Part shown: positions 1 to 13,544 of the stretch, piece by piece
How the letters are laid out: every line of letters begins with the position of its first letter
How positions within the stretch are numbered: the first letter of the stretch is position 1
DNA from: Hypanus sabinus
Lineage: Eukaryota
Assembly: GCF_030144855.1 (NCBI RefSeq)
Contig: NC_082720.1
Span: 65,968,001-66,032,000 of the forward strand
Direction of reading: 5' to 3'
DNA: 64,000 bases
Program-made: the position numbers and the translations under genes
Notes under the pieces: model-generated
Told to the model about the DNA's origin: nothing
The model's database searches: none
What the model saw: the letters and a program-made list of their open reading frames with translations, nothing else

Positions 1-74
1 GCCCTCTAGCCCAATAGCAGTTTAAATGTCAAGTAGCTTAAAACTGTGATGAATCAAATGTCCAGACAAGAGGC

Positions 75-2025
75 AAAACATAGAAAACCTACATCACAAT
101 ACAGGACCTTCAGCCCACAAATTTGTGCTGAACATGTCAGTACCTTAGAAATTGCTAGGCTTACCTGCAGCCCTCTATTTTTCTAAGCTCCATGTACTGA
201 TCCAAAAGTCTCTTAAAGGACCCTCTCTTATTCACCTCCATGACCGTTGCCAGCAACCCATTACACACACTATCTAAGTAAAAAGCTTACCCCTGCCATC
301 TCCTCTGTACCTACTCCCCAGCAGCTTCAACCTGTGTCCTCTTGTGGCAACCATTTCAGCCCTGGGAAAAATCTCTGACTATCCACATGACCAATGTCTC
401 TCATCATCTTATACACCTCTATCAGGTCACCTCTCATCCTCCGTCACTCTGAGCAGAAAAGGCCGAGTTCACTCAACCTATTCTCATAAGGCATGCTCCC
501 CAATCCAGACAGCATCCTTATAAATCTCCTCTGCACCTTCTCTATGGCTTCCACATCCTTCCTGTGGTAAGGCAACCAGAAATGAGCACAGTACTCCAAT
601 TGGGGTCTGCCCAGGGTCCTATATAGCTGCAACATTACCTCTCAGCTCCAAAATTCAATTCCACGATTGATGAGGGCCAATGCACTGTTCGCCTTCTTAA
701 CCACAGAGTCAAGCTGCACAACTACTTTGAGCATCCGATGGACTTGGACCCCAAGATCCCTCTGATCCTCCACACTGCCAAGAGTCTTACCACTATTAAT
801 ATAGTCTGCCATCATATTTGACCTACCAAAATGAAACACTTCACAGCTATCTGGGTTGAACTCCATCTGCCACATCTCAGCCCAGTTTTGAACCCTATCA
901 ATGTCCCGCTGTAACCTCTGACAGCCGTCCACACTATCCACAAAACATCCAACAATTGTTACATCAGCAAACTTACTAACCCATACCTCCACTTCCTCAT
1001 CCAGGTCTTTATAAAAATCACGGAGAGTCAGAGTTCCAGAACGGATCTCTGAGGTTCTTCACTTGTTACCAACCTCCATGCAGAACATGACCCATCTACA
1101 ATCACACTTTGCCTTCTGTGGACAAGCCAGTTCTGGATCCACAAAGCGATGTCCCCTTGGATCCCATGCCTCCTTACTCTCTCAATAAGCCTTGCATGGG
1201 GTACCTTTTCAAATGGCTGGCTGAAATCCATTTACACTACATCTACTGCTCTTCCTTCATCAATGTGTTTAGTAACATCCTCAAAAAATTCAATCAGGCT
1301 CGACAAAGCGGTGCCTATTATTCCTAATCATATTATTTCTCTCCAAATGTTCATATTTCCTGCCCCTCAGGTTCTTCTTCATCAACATACCAACCACTGA
1401 GGTAAGACTCACTGGTCTATAACTTCCTGGGCTATCTCTAATCACTTTCCTGAATAAAGGAACAACATCTGCAACCCTCCAATCCTCTGGAACTTCTCCC
1501 GTCCCCATTGATGTTGCAAAGATCATCACCGGAGGCTCAGCAATCACCTCCCTCACCTACCACATTAGCCTGGGGTGCATCTCATCTGGTCCCAGCGACT
1601 TATCCAATTTCATGCTTTCCAAAGCTCCATCACATTTTCTTTCTTAATATCTACATGCTCAAATTTTTCACTCTGCTGCAAGTCATCACTATAATCACCA
1701 AGGTCCTTTTCCATAGTGAATCCTGAAGTGTTCATTAAGCACTTCTGCTATTTCCTCTGGTTCCATAAACACTTTCCCATTGGCAGACTTGATAGGTCCT
1801 ATTCTTTCACGACTTATCCTCTTGCTCTTCACGTACTTGTAGAATGCCTTGGGGTTTTCCTTCATCCTACCCATTAAGATCTTCTCATTGCCCCTTCTGG
1901 GTCTCCTGATTTCCTTCTTAAGCTCCTTCCTATTAGCCTTATAATCTTCTAGATCTCTAACATTACCTAGCTCTCTGAATCTTTTGTATGCTTTTCTTTT
2001 CATCTTGACTAGATTTATTACAAGG
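75..2025 (-). mobile_element. CR1-clade LINE, decayed 3' part of ORF2 (RT)
   Basis: ORF fragments 444-635 (LYRTLGRPQLEYCAHFW), 642-992 (SKFADVT), 1028-1231 and 1290-1556 (PGSYRPVSLTSVVG) are CR1 RT motifs; CATAGAAA-type 3' tail near 77. Boundaries approximate. Confidence 0.9.
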
Positions 2026-2429
2026 TCTCATTTTGAAGAATAAAGTTGATATTCTTAGTTTCATTGTCTGCCCTAATAAATAATTAACCACCACTATCCA
2101 TGATGTAACATCGAGAGCATTCTGAATTGAACACAAGGAGACAGAGAGAAACGTCTGCCTTAAGACTAGGCCCAGGATGGTTTTATTTTTCTCCTTTTAT
2201 TTCCCCTGGTTTGAGTATATTCATTTGGTTCTTTTGGTATAACTTTAAAAAAATAATATAAATTATTTAATAAAAATGATCAAACTTCGTTTATGTTTGA
2301 TGACTCCAAGTATGATTTGGAAACACGATGTAGGTTTCAGCTATCTTAGGGTGAAGTTACTTAGGACCTTAATTTACTGTATGTATGCTGGTTCAGTACA
2401 GCAGACAGATCTGGTCCTGATATATCTCC

Positions 2430-3410
2430 ATCCCCCATCAGAAAAGCCTTAAAGCTCTCGCTTCTTTCTAGACAACAGACTCAACCTGCTCACCTCCACC
2501 ACTACTCTCCAAAGTCAGATGGAATTGGTCCTTCCTCTCAATAATTTCTCCTATAGCTCCTCCCACTTCCTTCAAACCAAACGGTAGCCATGGGCACTCA
2601 CATGGGTCCCAGTTGTGCCTGAATTTTTGTTGGCTGTGTGGTACAGTCTATGTTCCAAGCCTACACAGTTATTACTCCCCCACTTTTCCTGCACTGCATT
2701 GACAACTGCATTGATGCTGCTTCCTGAATACATGCTAATCTCATTGACTTCACCAAATTTTTCTCCAACTTCCACCCTTCCCTCAAATTCACCTGCTCTT
2801 CTTCCAAATCCTTCCTCCCAGGTCTCGATCTCTTTGTCTCTTTGTCTGGGGCAGCTTATCAATGCTGCCCTCATCTGCAAATCTTCCACTTCATGCACGT
2901 CTGCCCTCACCCTATCCTCCCATCACCCTACAAGTGATAGGGTTCCTCTTGTTCACACCTACCACTCCACCAGCATCTACATGCAGCACATAAATCTCTA
3001 TAACTTTCACCATCACCAACAGGATCCCACCACCAAACACATCTTTCCCTCTCTTTATTCATCCCTCCCCACCAATCTCCCTCTTGGTACTTATCCCTGG
3101 AAGTAGAACAAGTACTGCACCTGCCCCAAAACCTCCTCGCTCACCACTATTCAAGGCCCCAAAAGGTTCTTTCATGTGAGGCGACACTTCATTTGTGAGT
3201 TTGTTGGGGTCATTCACTGTGCTTGATGCTCCTGTTGTAGTCTCCTGTATATCAGTGAGAATGGACGTATGTTGGGAGACAGTTTTGCCAAGCACATACC
3301 CTCTGCCCACAGAAAAATAGCAGGATCTCCCAGTGACCATCCACTTCAATTCTGCTTCCCATTTACATTCCAACATGTTCGTATACGGTTTTCTCTACTG
3401 TCACTCAGAC
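2430..3410 (+). mobile_element. Penelope-like retroelement remnant (RT/GIY-YIG)
   Basis: GTAGCCATGGGCACTCACATGGGTCCCAG encodes a VAMGTHMGP motif typical of Penelope-type RT; the downstream part (CTGTATATCAGTGAGA...TTTGCCAAGCAC) resembles a GIY-YIG region. Frameshifted. Confidence 0.65.
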
Positions 3411-3411
3411 T

Positions 3412-4270
3412 GGAGGCCTGTGACACGTGGTGTGCCACAGGGATCGGGGCTGAGTTCTTTGTTGTTTGTCATCTATATTAATGATCTGGACGACAATGTG
3501 ATTAACTAAATTAGCAAATTCATGGATAACACCAAGATTGGGGGTGTAGTGGACAGTGAGGAAGGCTATCATGATTTACAGAGGGATCTGCATCAGCTAG
3601 GAAAATGGCCAGAAAAATGGTAGATTGAAAATAATGCAGACGTATGAGAGGATTTGCACTTTGATAGAACCAACCAGGGTAGGTCTTACACAGTGAATGG
3701 TAGAGCACCAAGATTTCTCTACATCATGCATTGAGTACAGAAGATGGGATCTTGCGTTGAAGTTGTTTATGATGTTGGTGAGGCCTAATTTGGAGTACTG
3801 TGCACAGTTTTTGTCACTTACCAACAGGAATGACGTAAGCAAGGTTGAAAGAGTACAGAGAAAATTTACAAGTATGTTGCTGTATCCAAGGACCTGAGTT
3901 ATAAGGAAATATTGAATAGGATAGTACTGTATTCTTTAGAACATAGAAGAGTGAGAGGAGATTTCACAGAGATATTCAAAATTGTGAGGGGTAAATGCAA
4001 ACAGGGTTTTTCCACTGATATATAGTGGAACTACAATCAGAGGTCATGGGTTAAGGGTGAAATGTGAGTCATTTAAGGGGAACATGAGGGGAAACTTCTT
4101 CACTCAGAGGGTGGTGACAGTGTGGAATGAGTTGCTCGCACAAGTGGTGAATGCAATCTCAATTTCAATGTTTGAGAAGTTAGGATAGGTACGTGGATAG
4201 TAGGGATATGGAGGGCTATGATCCTTGTGCAGTCCATGTGAGTAGGCAGTTTAACTGGTTTCAGCATGGA
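3412..4270 (+). mobile_element. CR1-clade LINE 3' fragment
   Basis: ORF 3697-3897 (LVRPNLEYCAQF...VERVQRKFT) and a CR1-type 3' region. Confidence 0.85.
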
Positions 4271-4289
4271 CTAAAGGAATACAATAGAA

Positions 4290-4562
4290 TCAATGAAAAA
4301 TACACACAAAGACTGACAAACAACCAATGTGGAAAAGAAAACAAACTGCAAATAAATAGAATTGGTAGACAGGAAGAAGGTTTACCCTCTCAACCCCAGG
4401 TCCATTGATGTCAATAGGGGTTAGCCTGTCTCCATTTCTCTTATAGTCCACAACCAGCTCCTTTGCCTTTGTCACACTGAGGGAGAGGTTGTTTTCTTGA
4501 CACCACTGTGTCAGGGTGATGACTTCTTCTCTGTAGGCTGTTGCATTATTATTTGAGATAAG
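4290..4562 (-). mobile_element. Rex1/Babar LINE fragment
   Basis: ORF 4290-4574 (LTQWCQENNLSLSVTKAKELVVDYKR) closely matches the Rex1-type RT at 25446-26390. Confidence 0.8.
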
Positions 4563-4735
4563 ATCCAGTTCCAAGAAACAAAATCAGGCAAAAGGCAGTG
4601 AAGATTGTTCCTCATTTTATTCTGACTAATTTGCAATTTGCCCAACGGATGTTGATCTCTGAATGTGCTGAATATTCACTGTTAAGTATCACTTCCTCCA
4701 AAACATTGTTGTTCTTTATTTTCTGTCAGTTTGGC

Positions 4736-7400
4736 TAAAGAGAAAAGCTCCAGAGATAAGGACAACAAAGAGATGGTTGCAGGAGGCAGTGGAGCTTTGA
4801 GTCAGTGGACTGGGGCATGTTCAAGGACTCATCTTTGCGATTTGATTGAATATACCACATCTGTCATGGACTTTATTAACACAATTGTGGATAAGTGTGT
4901 CCACACAAAATCATTCAGAACTTTCCTCAATCTAAAGCCCTGGAAGAACCATGAGGTAAGCAATTTGCTGATAGCTTATCAGAGTCATTCAAGTCTGATG
5001 TTACAGGAGAAAGTTACAGGAGATTTAGGTACAATCTGCTAAAAGCCATCCCATGGGTAAAGTGGCAAGTCTGGTCTAAACTGGAATCAATGACATGTGC
5101 TCATCAGTTGTGGCAGGGCTTGAATACTATCACTTCTTATAAAGGTAAAACAAGTGACATGGGCGCCAGCAGGGCTTCATGTCCAGATGATCTCAATATC
5201 TTTTATGCCCTCTTTGACCATCAAAACATGAAGGAACCATTATGACCTCCCACAGCCTCCAACGATCCTATGTTTTCAGACTCAAGCTGACAAGTGGGCT
5301 GCCATCAGGAAGGTGAGTTCATTAAAAGCATCAGGCTCAGACGGGGTACCTGGCCAAGTACTAAAGACCCGTGCTGATCAACTGGGTGGAGTGTTCACTG
5401 AGATCTCTAACCTCACACTGCAGCAGGCTAACGTACCCATCTGCTTCAAACAGACTCCAGTTACAGCAGTAACTGAAAAGTATGGTGACTGGCCTCAATG
5501 ACTATTGCCCAATAGCACTTACATCTATAGTGATGATGTGTTTTGAGAGGCTGGTTGCCTACCAAAGTAACAGGTCCACAGCAGCTGCCATCTTATTGGC
5601 TCTTCACTCAACTCTGGAGCATCTGGACAGCAGATATGCTGTATTAGGTTGATTTTTATCAACTACAGCTCAACATTCAAAACTATTTGATGTGTTCTCA
5701 GACTTTGGCCTCAATACCTCCTTGTGCAATTGGATCCTTGATTTCCTCACTTGCAGACTCCAATCAGTGCTGTTACATATTCAGGCAACAATAAATATAT
5801 GAGTTAGGCAAGGGTTTATATAACAAATAACATGTTTATTAAACACTGAAAACAAACCCCCCAAAAGTAAACAAACACTAACGTAACTGGAAATCAGCTG
5901 CTGTGCGGCAGCTTGAACAGTTCTTAAAGCGATGCAGCTCAAACAGTTCTTAAAGCGATGTTGCAAAAACAGTTCTTTAAAGTTGTATTGCCAAAAGTTT
6001 GAAATGCTCACAGTCCATTTAAAAGGAGAGACTTTATAAAATGATTTAAATTCTCTTTCACGTCATTTTGTTTCAGTCCCCGAAGTTGAACTCTTTCCCA
6101 CGAAGAATTTACGAAACGAAACAAAACGAAACGGCTTAATGGCACTGATCTTTCCCTTATCACTGTCCTCAATCTTTTCTGTTATCCCGCAGAGATTAAC
6201 ACAAGAACAGTCAATGAATTCCTTCCGAATAAGGATTAAACAAGGTCGAACCCGTTTCATCATCGAAAATCAATTCTCCTCAATCTTTAACTCCCGAACT
6301 CCGATCTTCACTCTCCACTGATTCTCAACTAGTATTATTGTAAAGAAACTGCTGGCAATGACCTTTTAAACTTTAGGCATTAGATAAAAACTTCATCCTT
6401 CAACTAAACTGTGTCATCACATTAAATCACGCAGCGGCATGAAGTCAACATTGCAAATCCCGCCACGAACTGCCCCACCTTACAGGGTGGGGTCTTCCTT
6501 TTATAACCTGTAAAAAAACTTGTCACATGATCTCTACTGGCAGGAAAATTACGTCACTCCACCATCACAAGACCATTACCTCAAGTCCAGTATAGCTTCA
6601 ACCCCAGTCACGTGACAAGGGTACCACTGTCATGTGTCACGAGTACGTAACAGTGCAGAATAGCAAAACCATCTCCTCCATAAACCCCATCAGCACAGGC
6701 CCACCACAAGACTGTGTGCTTAATCCCCTTGTCTACTTGTTTTACATTCACGACTAGACGGCTAAGTACAGCTCCAATGCCATACACAAGTATGCTGATG
6801 ACACCACAGCCGAAACAAAGGTGGTGTTGAATCAGCATAGAGGAGGGAAATTGTACATCTGGCTGAGTGGTGCCATAACAACAGCCTATTACTCAATGTC
6901 AGCAAGGCCAAGGAGCAATTTTTTGACTTCAGGAGAAAGAAACCAGTGGTCCATGAGACAGTTCTCATCAGAGGATCAAATGGAGAGGATCAGCACCTTT
7001 AAATTCCTTGGTGTTATTACTTCAGAGAACTTGTCTTGGGCCCAACTCATAAGTATGATAATGAAGTTGCAACTGTACCTCCTGAGGAGTTTGTAAAGAA
7101 TTGGTGTGACATCTAAAACTGGGACAAACTTCTATAGATTTGACTGGCTGCATTACAGCCTTGTATGAAAACAACAATGCGCTTGAACAGAAAATTCCAC
7201 AAAAGGTATTTGATCAGGTGCAGTTTATCAAGGGTAAAGTCCTCCCCACCATTGAGCACATCTACAAAATAACATTGACAGAGGAAAGAAACACCCCATT
7301 CGTGCTCTCTTCTCACTGCTGCCATCATGAAGAAGCCACAGGAGCCTTAGAACTCACACAGGCAGGTTCTGGAACAGTTATTACTCCTCAACCATTAAGC
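4736..7400 (+). mobile_element. Rex1/Babar LINE, 5'-truncated and decayed, interrupted by a solo LTR
   Basis: Fragments GSDGVPGQVLKTRADQLGGVFTEISNLTLQQ (5313-5501) and ISTFKFLGVITSENLSW (6821-7096) are homologous to the element at 25065-26880. Confidence 0.8.
5771..6652 (-). mobile_element. Solo LTR, 882 bp, 4-bp TSD
   Basis: Termini TGTTAC...GTAACA (inverted, TG..CA); GTGC on both sides (5767-5770, 6653-6656); the Rex1 host resumes after it; - strand TATAAAA near 6500 and AATAAA near 5838. Confidence 0.85.
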
Positions 7401-7749
7401 TCTTGAACCATAGGGGATAGGTTAACTCAACATCACTTAACCCGTCATTGAAATGTTCCCACAACCTAAGGACTCACTTTCAAGTATGCTTTATCTCATG
7501 TTCTTGGTATTTATTGCGTATTTATTTATTATTAACATTTCTTTTTGTATTTGCACAGCTTGTTGTCTTTTGTACACTGGTTGAACACCCAAGTTAGTGT
7601 GGTTTTCATTGATTGTATTACAGTTATTATTCTGCTTGGGATTTATTGAGTATGCCCCCAAGAAAGTGAATCTTAGGGTTGAATATGCTGACATATATGT
7701 ACTTTGATAATAAGTTTACTTTTGATTGTTTTCAAAGCCATCTACAGTG

Positions 7750-10700
7750 ATCAATTCCACACATACACCATCCTCCCACTAAAGACATTCCTCCTCATCT
7801 CTATTTTAAGGTATCTCCTTCTCTTTTGAGGTGGGGCCCTCTCATGCTGGACTCCCTCACGATGGGAAAGATTCACTCCAGGTCCACTCCAACTGTTCTT
7901 TTGAATACTTATAGGTTTCAATGTGAACCCTCCCTCCAATCACACCATACAGGCCCAGAGCCAACAAATGCTCATCATATGTAAACCCCTTCATTTCCAG
8001 GATCATGCTCATGAAATTCCTCTAGACCAGAGGCCCCTCTACCATTAACTGAGGGGCCTATGGACCACTGTTTGGAAAACCCTGCTCTAGATCTTCTGCA
8101 ATGTTAGCACATACGGTAATTACTGTCTTACCATGGTAACGTCGTGCTTCGATGACGCTATTATAGCTCGGGACATTCTGCAGTTTGGAGTTCAATTCAG
8201 GCACTGCCTGTAAGGAGTGAGCACATTCTCAACAACAAGCACAGTCCAAAGATATAGCAGTTAGTAAGTTAATTGGTCATTGCAAATTATCCTGTTATTA
8301 GGCGGGTTTTAAATAGCTGTTTTGATGGGCCGAAAGGGCTTGTTTCACCCTGTATCTCTGAATAAATAAACAAATCATCCTTAGATAAGGGGCCCAAAAC
8401 TGCTCACAAAACTCCCAGTGTTGCCTGACCAATGCCTTATAAAGCCTCAGCATTACATCCTTGCCTTTATATTCCAGTCCTTTCAAAATTAATGGTAAAG
8501 TTGCATTTGCCTTCTTTACCAGCAATTCAACCTACAAGTTAATCTTTAGAAAATCCTGCACGAGCTCTCCCAAGTCCATATGCACTTCCGATTTCTAAAT
8601 TAGCTTCCCGTTTAGAAAATAATTCATGTCTTTATTCCTTCTGCCAAAGTGCTTGACCACACAGTTTTGCACACTGTATTCAATCTACAACTTCTTTGCC
8701 TATTCTCATAATCTCTCCAAGTCTTTTTGCAGACTCCCTACTTCCTCAACACTACCTGGTCCTCTGTCTATTTTTGTATCATCTGCAAACTTTTCCACAA
8801 AGCCCTCAATTAGGTCATCCAAATTATTGTCAAAATGTGAGAAGTAGTCCCAACACTGACCCCTGAACCATCCAGAAAATGTTGCTTTATTCCTATTCTT
8901 TTCCCCCTGCCGGTCAACTAGTCTGTTATCCATACTCATTTCTGTCCTGTAATACCATGGATCCTAGTCTGCTTTAACAACCCTGATATACAGCAACTTG
9001 TCAAAGGCCTTCTGGAAGTCATAGTAAGAACATCCACTAATTCTCCTTTGCCTGCTGTGTCTGTTATTTCCTCAAGGAATTCCAACAGATTTGTCAGGCA
9101 ATATTTCCCATGAAAGAAACAAAGCTGACATTTAATCATGAATCTCCAAGTACCACAAAACAAGGGTGAGGATATGCAGCCAAAGGTCTTGGTGCTCATT
9201 GGCATCAGCGAAATGGCAGAGAAAATGAGGAGTTCCTGAAGAAAGAATTTAGGGAACCAGATAGAAAGCTGAAAAGCAGGATCTCCAGGGTAGCAATCTC
9301 TAGATTGTGGCCCATGCCATACGTCAGCTAGAGTAAGAAAAGGTTTACTTGCCTGATGAATGTGTGGCAGAGAATCTGATGCAGGGTGCAGGGTCTCAGA
9401 TTTCTGGATCATTGGGATATCTTGAGGAGAAGATATGATGTATTCTAAATGGATGGTTACACCTGAATCCGAGACGGTGAGGCAATATCCCTGTGGGCAG
9501 GTTGCTAGAGTTATTGGGGAGGGTTTAAATTAATTAAATTAAAGGGGATGGGAACTGGCAGAGGGTTGGATTGTTGGTTTATAAGCAGAGGAAAGGTGTA
9601 ATGAGATTGTCAGGAAGGACAGGCAGATGATAGAGCAAAGTTACAATCAGTGGGATGGGTTGTCATGTAAATGAGAGACAAAATTAACAAAGGTGACAGG
9701 TGCAGGACTGAAGGTGTTAGTTGAATGAATGCAGAATAGGAAATAAGGCAGAAAAACTTGAGGTGCAGTTTGAGATTGGTAGATATGACGATGTGGGCAG
9801 CACTGAGATGTGGATGAAAGAAAATTATAGTTGGGAGCTTAGCATCCAAAGATACACATTGTATCAAAAGGACAGACAGGTGGACAATGGGGTTAGTGTG
9901 ACTCTGTTGATAAAACATGAAATCAAGTACTTAGAAAGAGGAAATGGAACAGTGTTGAGAAGGTTATGGTCATGCACTTTGGTGGAATGAATGAAATAGT
10001 ACTGTGTGCAGATCTGGTCTCCATACTTGAGGAAGGATATACTGGCTTTGAAGCCAGTGCAGATGAGGTTCACCAGGTTGATACCAGAGATGAAGGGGTT
10101 AACTTACGAGGAGAGATTGAGTTGCCTGGGACTAAACACTCTGGAATTCAGAAGAATGAGAGGGGATTTTACAGAAACATATAAAATTTTGCAAGGGATA
10201 TATATGATAAATTAGGAAAGTTGTTTCCATCGGTAGGTGAGAATAGAACTAGGGGACATTGCCTCAAGATTCAGCTGAGCAGATTTAGGACAGAGATGAG
10301 GAGAAACTGTTTTTCCCAGAGAGTGGTGAATCTGTGGAATTCTCTGCCCAGGGAAGCAGTTGAGGCTTCTTCACTAAATATATTTAAGATAGAGTATGAC
10401 AGGTTTTTACATAGCGAGTGTATTAAGGGTTATGGGGAAAAGGCAGGTAGATAGAGCTGATTTTATGGATGGACAGATCAGCCATGATCTTGTTGAATGG
10501 CAGGGCATAATGGGCCAGATGGCCTACTCCTCCTCCTATTTCTTGTATTCTTATGTAGGTTCTTATGAAAGCACTGACAATTTCAGATTCAAAAATCAAA
10601 GGTGCAGAGGAACTTGTGTGTACTCAACCAGTATTCCCTAAAGGTTAATTTGCAGGTTTAGTCATTGGTGAGGAAAGTAAATGAAATGTTAGCATTTAGA

Positions 10701-12120
10701 TGAAGAGGACTAGAATAGAAAGGATATAACATTGGGACTTATAAGATACAGGTGAGGCCTCAGTTGGAGTATTGTAAGCAGCTTTGGGCCCTTTATTGAA
10801 CAGAGGATGTACTGACATTGGAGAGGGTCCAGTGGAGTTTCCAAGAATGACTCTGAGTATGAAAGGTTTATTGTATGAAGAGTGATTGATAGCTCTGGGC
10901 CTTCACTGATTGTAATTTAGGAGAATGAGGGGGGACCCATTGAAGTATATCGACTGTTGAATGGCATAGATAGAGCAGATGTGAAGAGGATGTTTCCTCT
11001 GGTGGGGGAGCCTAGGAACAGGGGGCACAGCCTCTAAATAGAGGAATTTCCATTTAGAACAGAGATGAGGTGGAATTTCATTTGTGAAATTATGGTGACT
11101 TTGTGGAAATTGTTGCCACAGATGGCTGTGAAAACTAAGTCTTTTAGTGTATTGAAGGTGGAAGTAGACAGGCTTTTGATTAGTCAGTGCATGTAAGGTT
11201 ACAGGCAGAAGGCAAGAGATTGGCACTGAGAGGGAAATGGCTCCAACATGATGAAATGTGGAGCAGAGTCAATGGGCCTAAGGCCCTAATTCTTTTCTGA
11301 ATGTCTTATTCAAAAGACCTTCTGGTCTTATGGAATTTCACCCTCAATAATGGACTTGATATTCTTACCAACCACGTTGTCAGTTTAACCAGTCTGTAAA
11401 TTGCTGTATTTGTCTCTGTTCCATCTTAAAGAATAAAATAGCATTTTCAATTTCCAAGTCCTCCTCAACCATTTCAGAATCCAGTTATTTTTGAAAGATC
11501 ATTACTCACGCCTTCATTTTTTCTTAAACTACCTCAGAACCTGAGGGTGTATTCCATCTGGTTCAGTTGACACATCTACCTTCAGACTTTTCAGCTTCCC
11601 AAAGCACTTTCTCCTTAGTAATAACAATTACACTCACTTCTGCCCCCTGACACTCACAAATTTCTGGCATACTGCTGGCATCTTCACCAGTAAAGACTGA
11701 TACAAAATACTTGTTCAGTATGAAATATTTTCATACTCTATTACTACCTGTCCAGCAATATTTTCCAGTGGTCTGATATCTATATATGTTTTTTTTTACT
11801 TTTCATATATGGAAAAATCTTTTGGTATCAGCTTTTATATTATTGACTAGCTTACCTTCATATTTCACTTACTCTTTCTTTGCTTTTTTATTTGCTGTTA
11901 GTTTTTAAAGATCCCTATCCTCCAAGTTCCAACTATTTTTTGCTATAAGCCTATTCTTTTACTTTCATGCTGTTTTTGACATCCATTGTCAGTCACAGTT
12001 GCCTCATCCTCCCTTTAGAATGCTTCTGAATTGGGATGAATCTATCCTGTTCCTTCTGCGTTGTAACCAGAAACTCAAGCCATTGCTGTTCTGCCATCAT
12101 TCCTGCTAGTGTCCCATTCA
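7750..12120. mobile_element. Cluster of CR1-clade LINE fragments in both orientations
   Basis: RT fragments at 8298-8525 (-), 8706-8939 (-, KFADDTKI), 10006-10215 (+), 10221-10454 (+, RTRGHCLKI...FSQRVVNLWNSLP) and further pieces to about 12120. Internal boundaries not resolved. Confidence 0.85.
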
Positions 12121-12819
12121 ATTATCACCTACATTCAACCCTGTAAAAGTATCAGCAGCAATGGAACACACCTGGAGTCTGGTTTTGCTGTTAACAAAAC
12201 ACTATGTTATTAGAAACTATGTAATATAGTAACTTAAACCAGGTAAATCAAGAGTTAATGTTTATATAGGTATCGATAAAGTTCCCAAATTTATTCAAGC
12301 TCAGGTGGCAAGAGTTACAGACTTACGATGATATGTAAGAAAATTCACTTCAAATGCACAGTTAATTAATGTGAGATGCTTGTAATCCAAAGTTGAATGT
12401 TGTGAGAAGGCAATTAAGTTGATATTCCACAGATTCCATGACCGCAATACAAAATGACTATAGCAGTAGATTTTATCTCTGAAGTCATTCCACTCCACAC
12501 ACGAAACATCACCGACTGTGATCTTCAACGAACATCCTTTCAACACAGGTGGTACCACACCCAGATTCAGTTACGGGACATCTCAAAGTCGTGGCCACAG
12601 GATACTCAAACAGAATCCAAGTATGGATTATCACCAACAGTAGCTCATCACAAAGGGGACCATCTTCAAAGGAACCACCACCCAAGCAAGGGTCGACACT
12701 CCGGCAGATTCCACAAGACTACCTCAACCACACAATGTGAAAGCCACTTATCCAATTCTATGACATATGGAATAGCTCCAACAGTGATTTGCCACTGGTG
12801 TGCCTTTCTTCAGTGAATT

Positions 12820-12923
12820 ACCACAACCAGACAAAGGGTAAATAAACACGTGGTATTCACAAAGCTTTCCCCTCACCACAGAACCCACTCCTGTGAATTA
12901 ACTAAATGACTATCACACTTCCG
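12820..12923. promoter_or_regulatory. Candidate lymphoid enhancer (RUNX/TCF/E-box/ETS motif cluster)
   Basis: ACCACA at 12820 and 12875, ACAAAG at 12831 and 12859, GTAAATAAACA at 12838, CACGTG at 12847 and ACTTCCG at 12917, inside a TE-poor island. Motif evidence only. Confidence 0.3.
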
Positions 12924-13544
12924 TATTTGAATGGAAACAAACTCACCCTCACGGGCTTCTTAGAGAGAGAGTCCAAGCATTGATCTCTTTGTCACTAGTT
13001 ATCTTCTGTTTCAAACTTTCCTCTCCCCTCTTCTCTGCAAACTTCTTCTAGTTGCAGAAAACTTGTAAGAGTCATTTCTCTGGATCGATCTCAACTCACC
13101 CCATTTGGGCACCTGAAAGTTTAAACCGGCAACCGACTCACTGGTGTCTTCCATTGACCGAATCCATCTTGACTCTGTGTGTTTCTGTGTGTCTGTAACT
13201 GTCCTTGTAAATTCAATAGAAGCTGCAGAGAAACCATAACATTGATTGTCCATCAAATAACTCCACCTCTCTCATTCTCTCTGGAGCAGCTCAAACAGTG
13301 CCCAAAAGTCAGTCTCATTCTCCCGGTGTTTTAAAGTGACAGTCCACAGAAAAAAATGAATCCTGGGGGTACATAACACAATCAACTTTGACCAGCTCCT
13401 TTCTCACGCCTCAGTAGTTCTGTTTTCTCCGCTGTAATGCTGATACACCTGATTTCAGCTTCTCCCTCTTAAAATGCATGGTGAATTCAATCATACTATG
13501 ATCACTGTCTCCTGATGGAGTTCCTTCACTTCTCAATCAAATCC

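Noticed and set aside
2030-2430. Possible continuation of the inverted duplication (versus 29400-29800)
   Set aside because: Only short AT-rich matches (such as AACTTCACCC); not supportable by eye.
12454-12816. 120-aa ORF in the unique island
   Set aside because: No recognisable motif or flanking splice signals; the length is compatible with chance.
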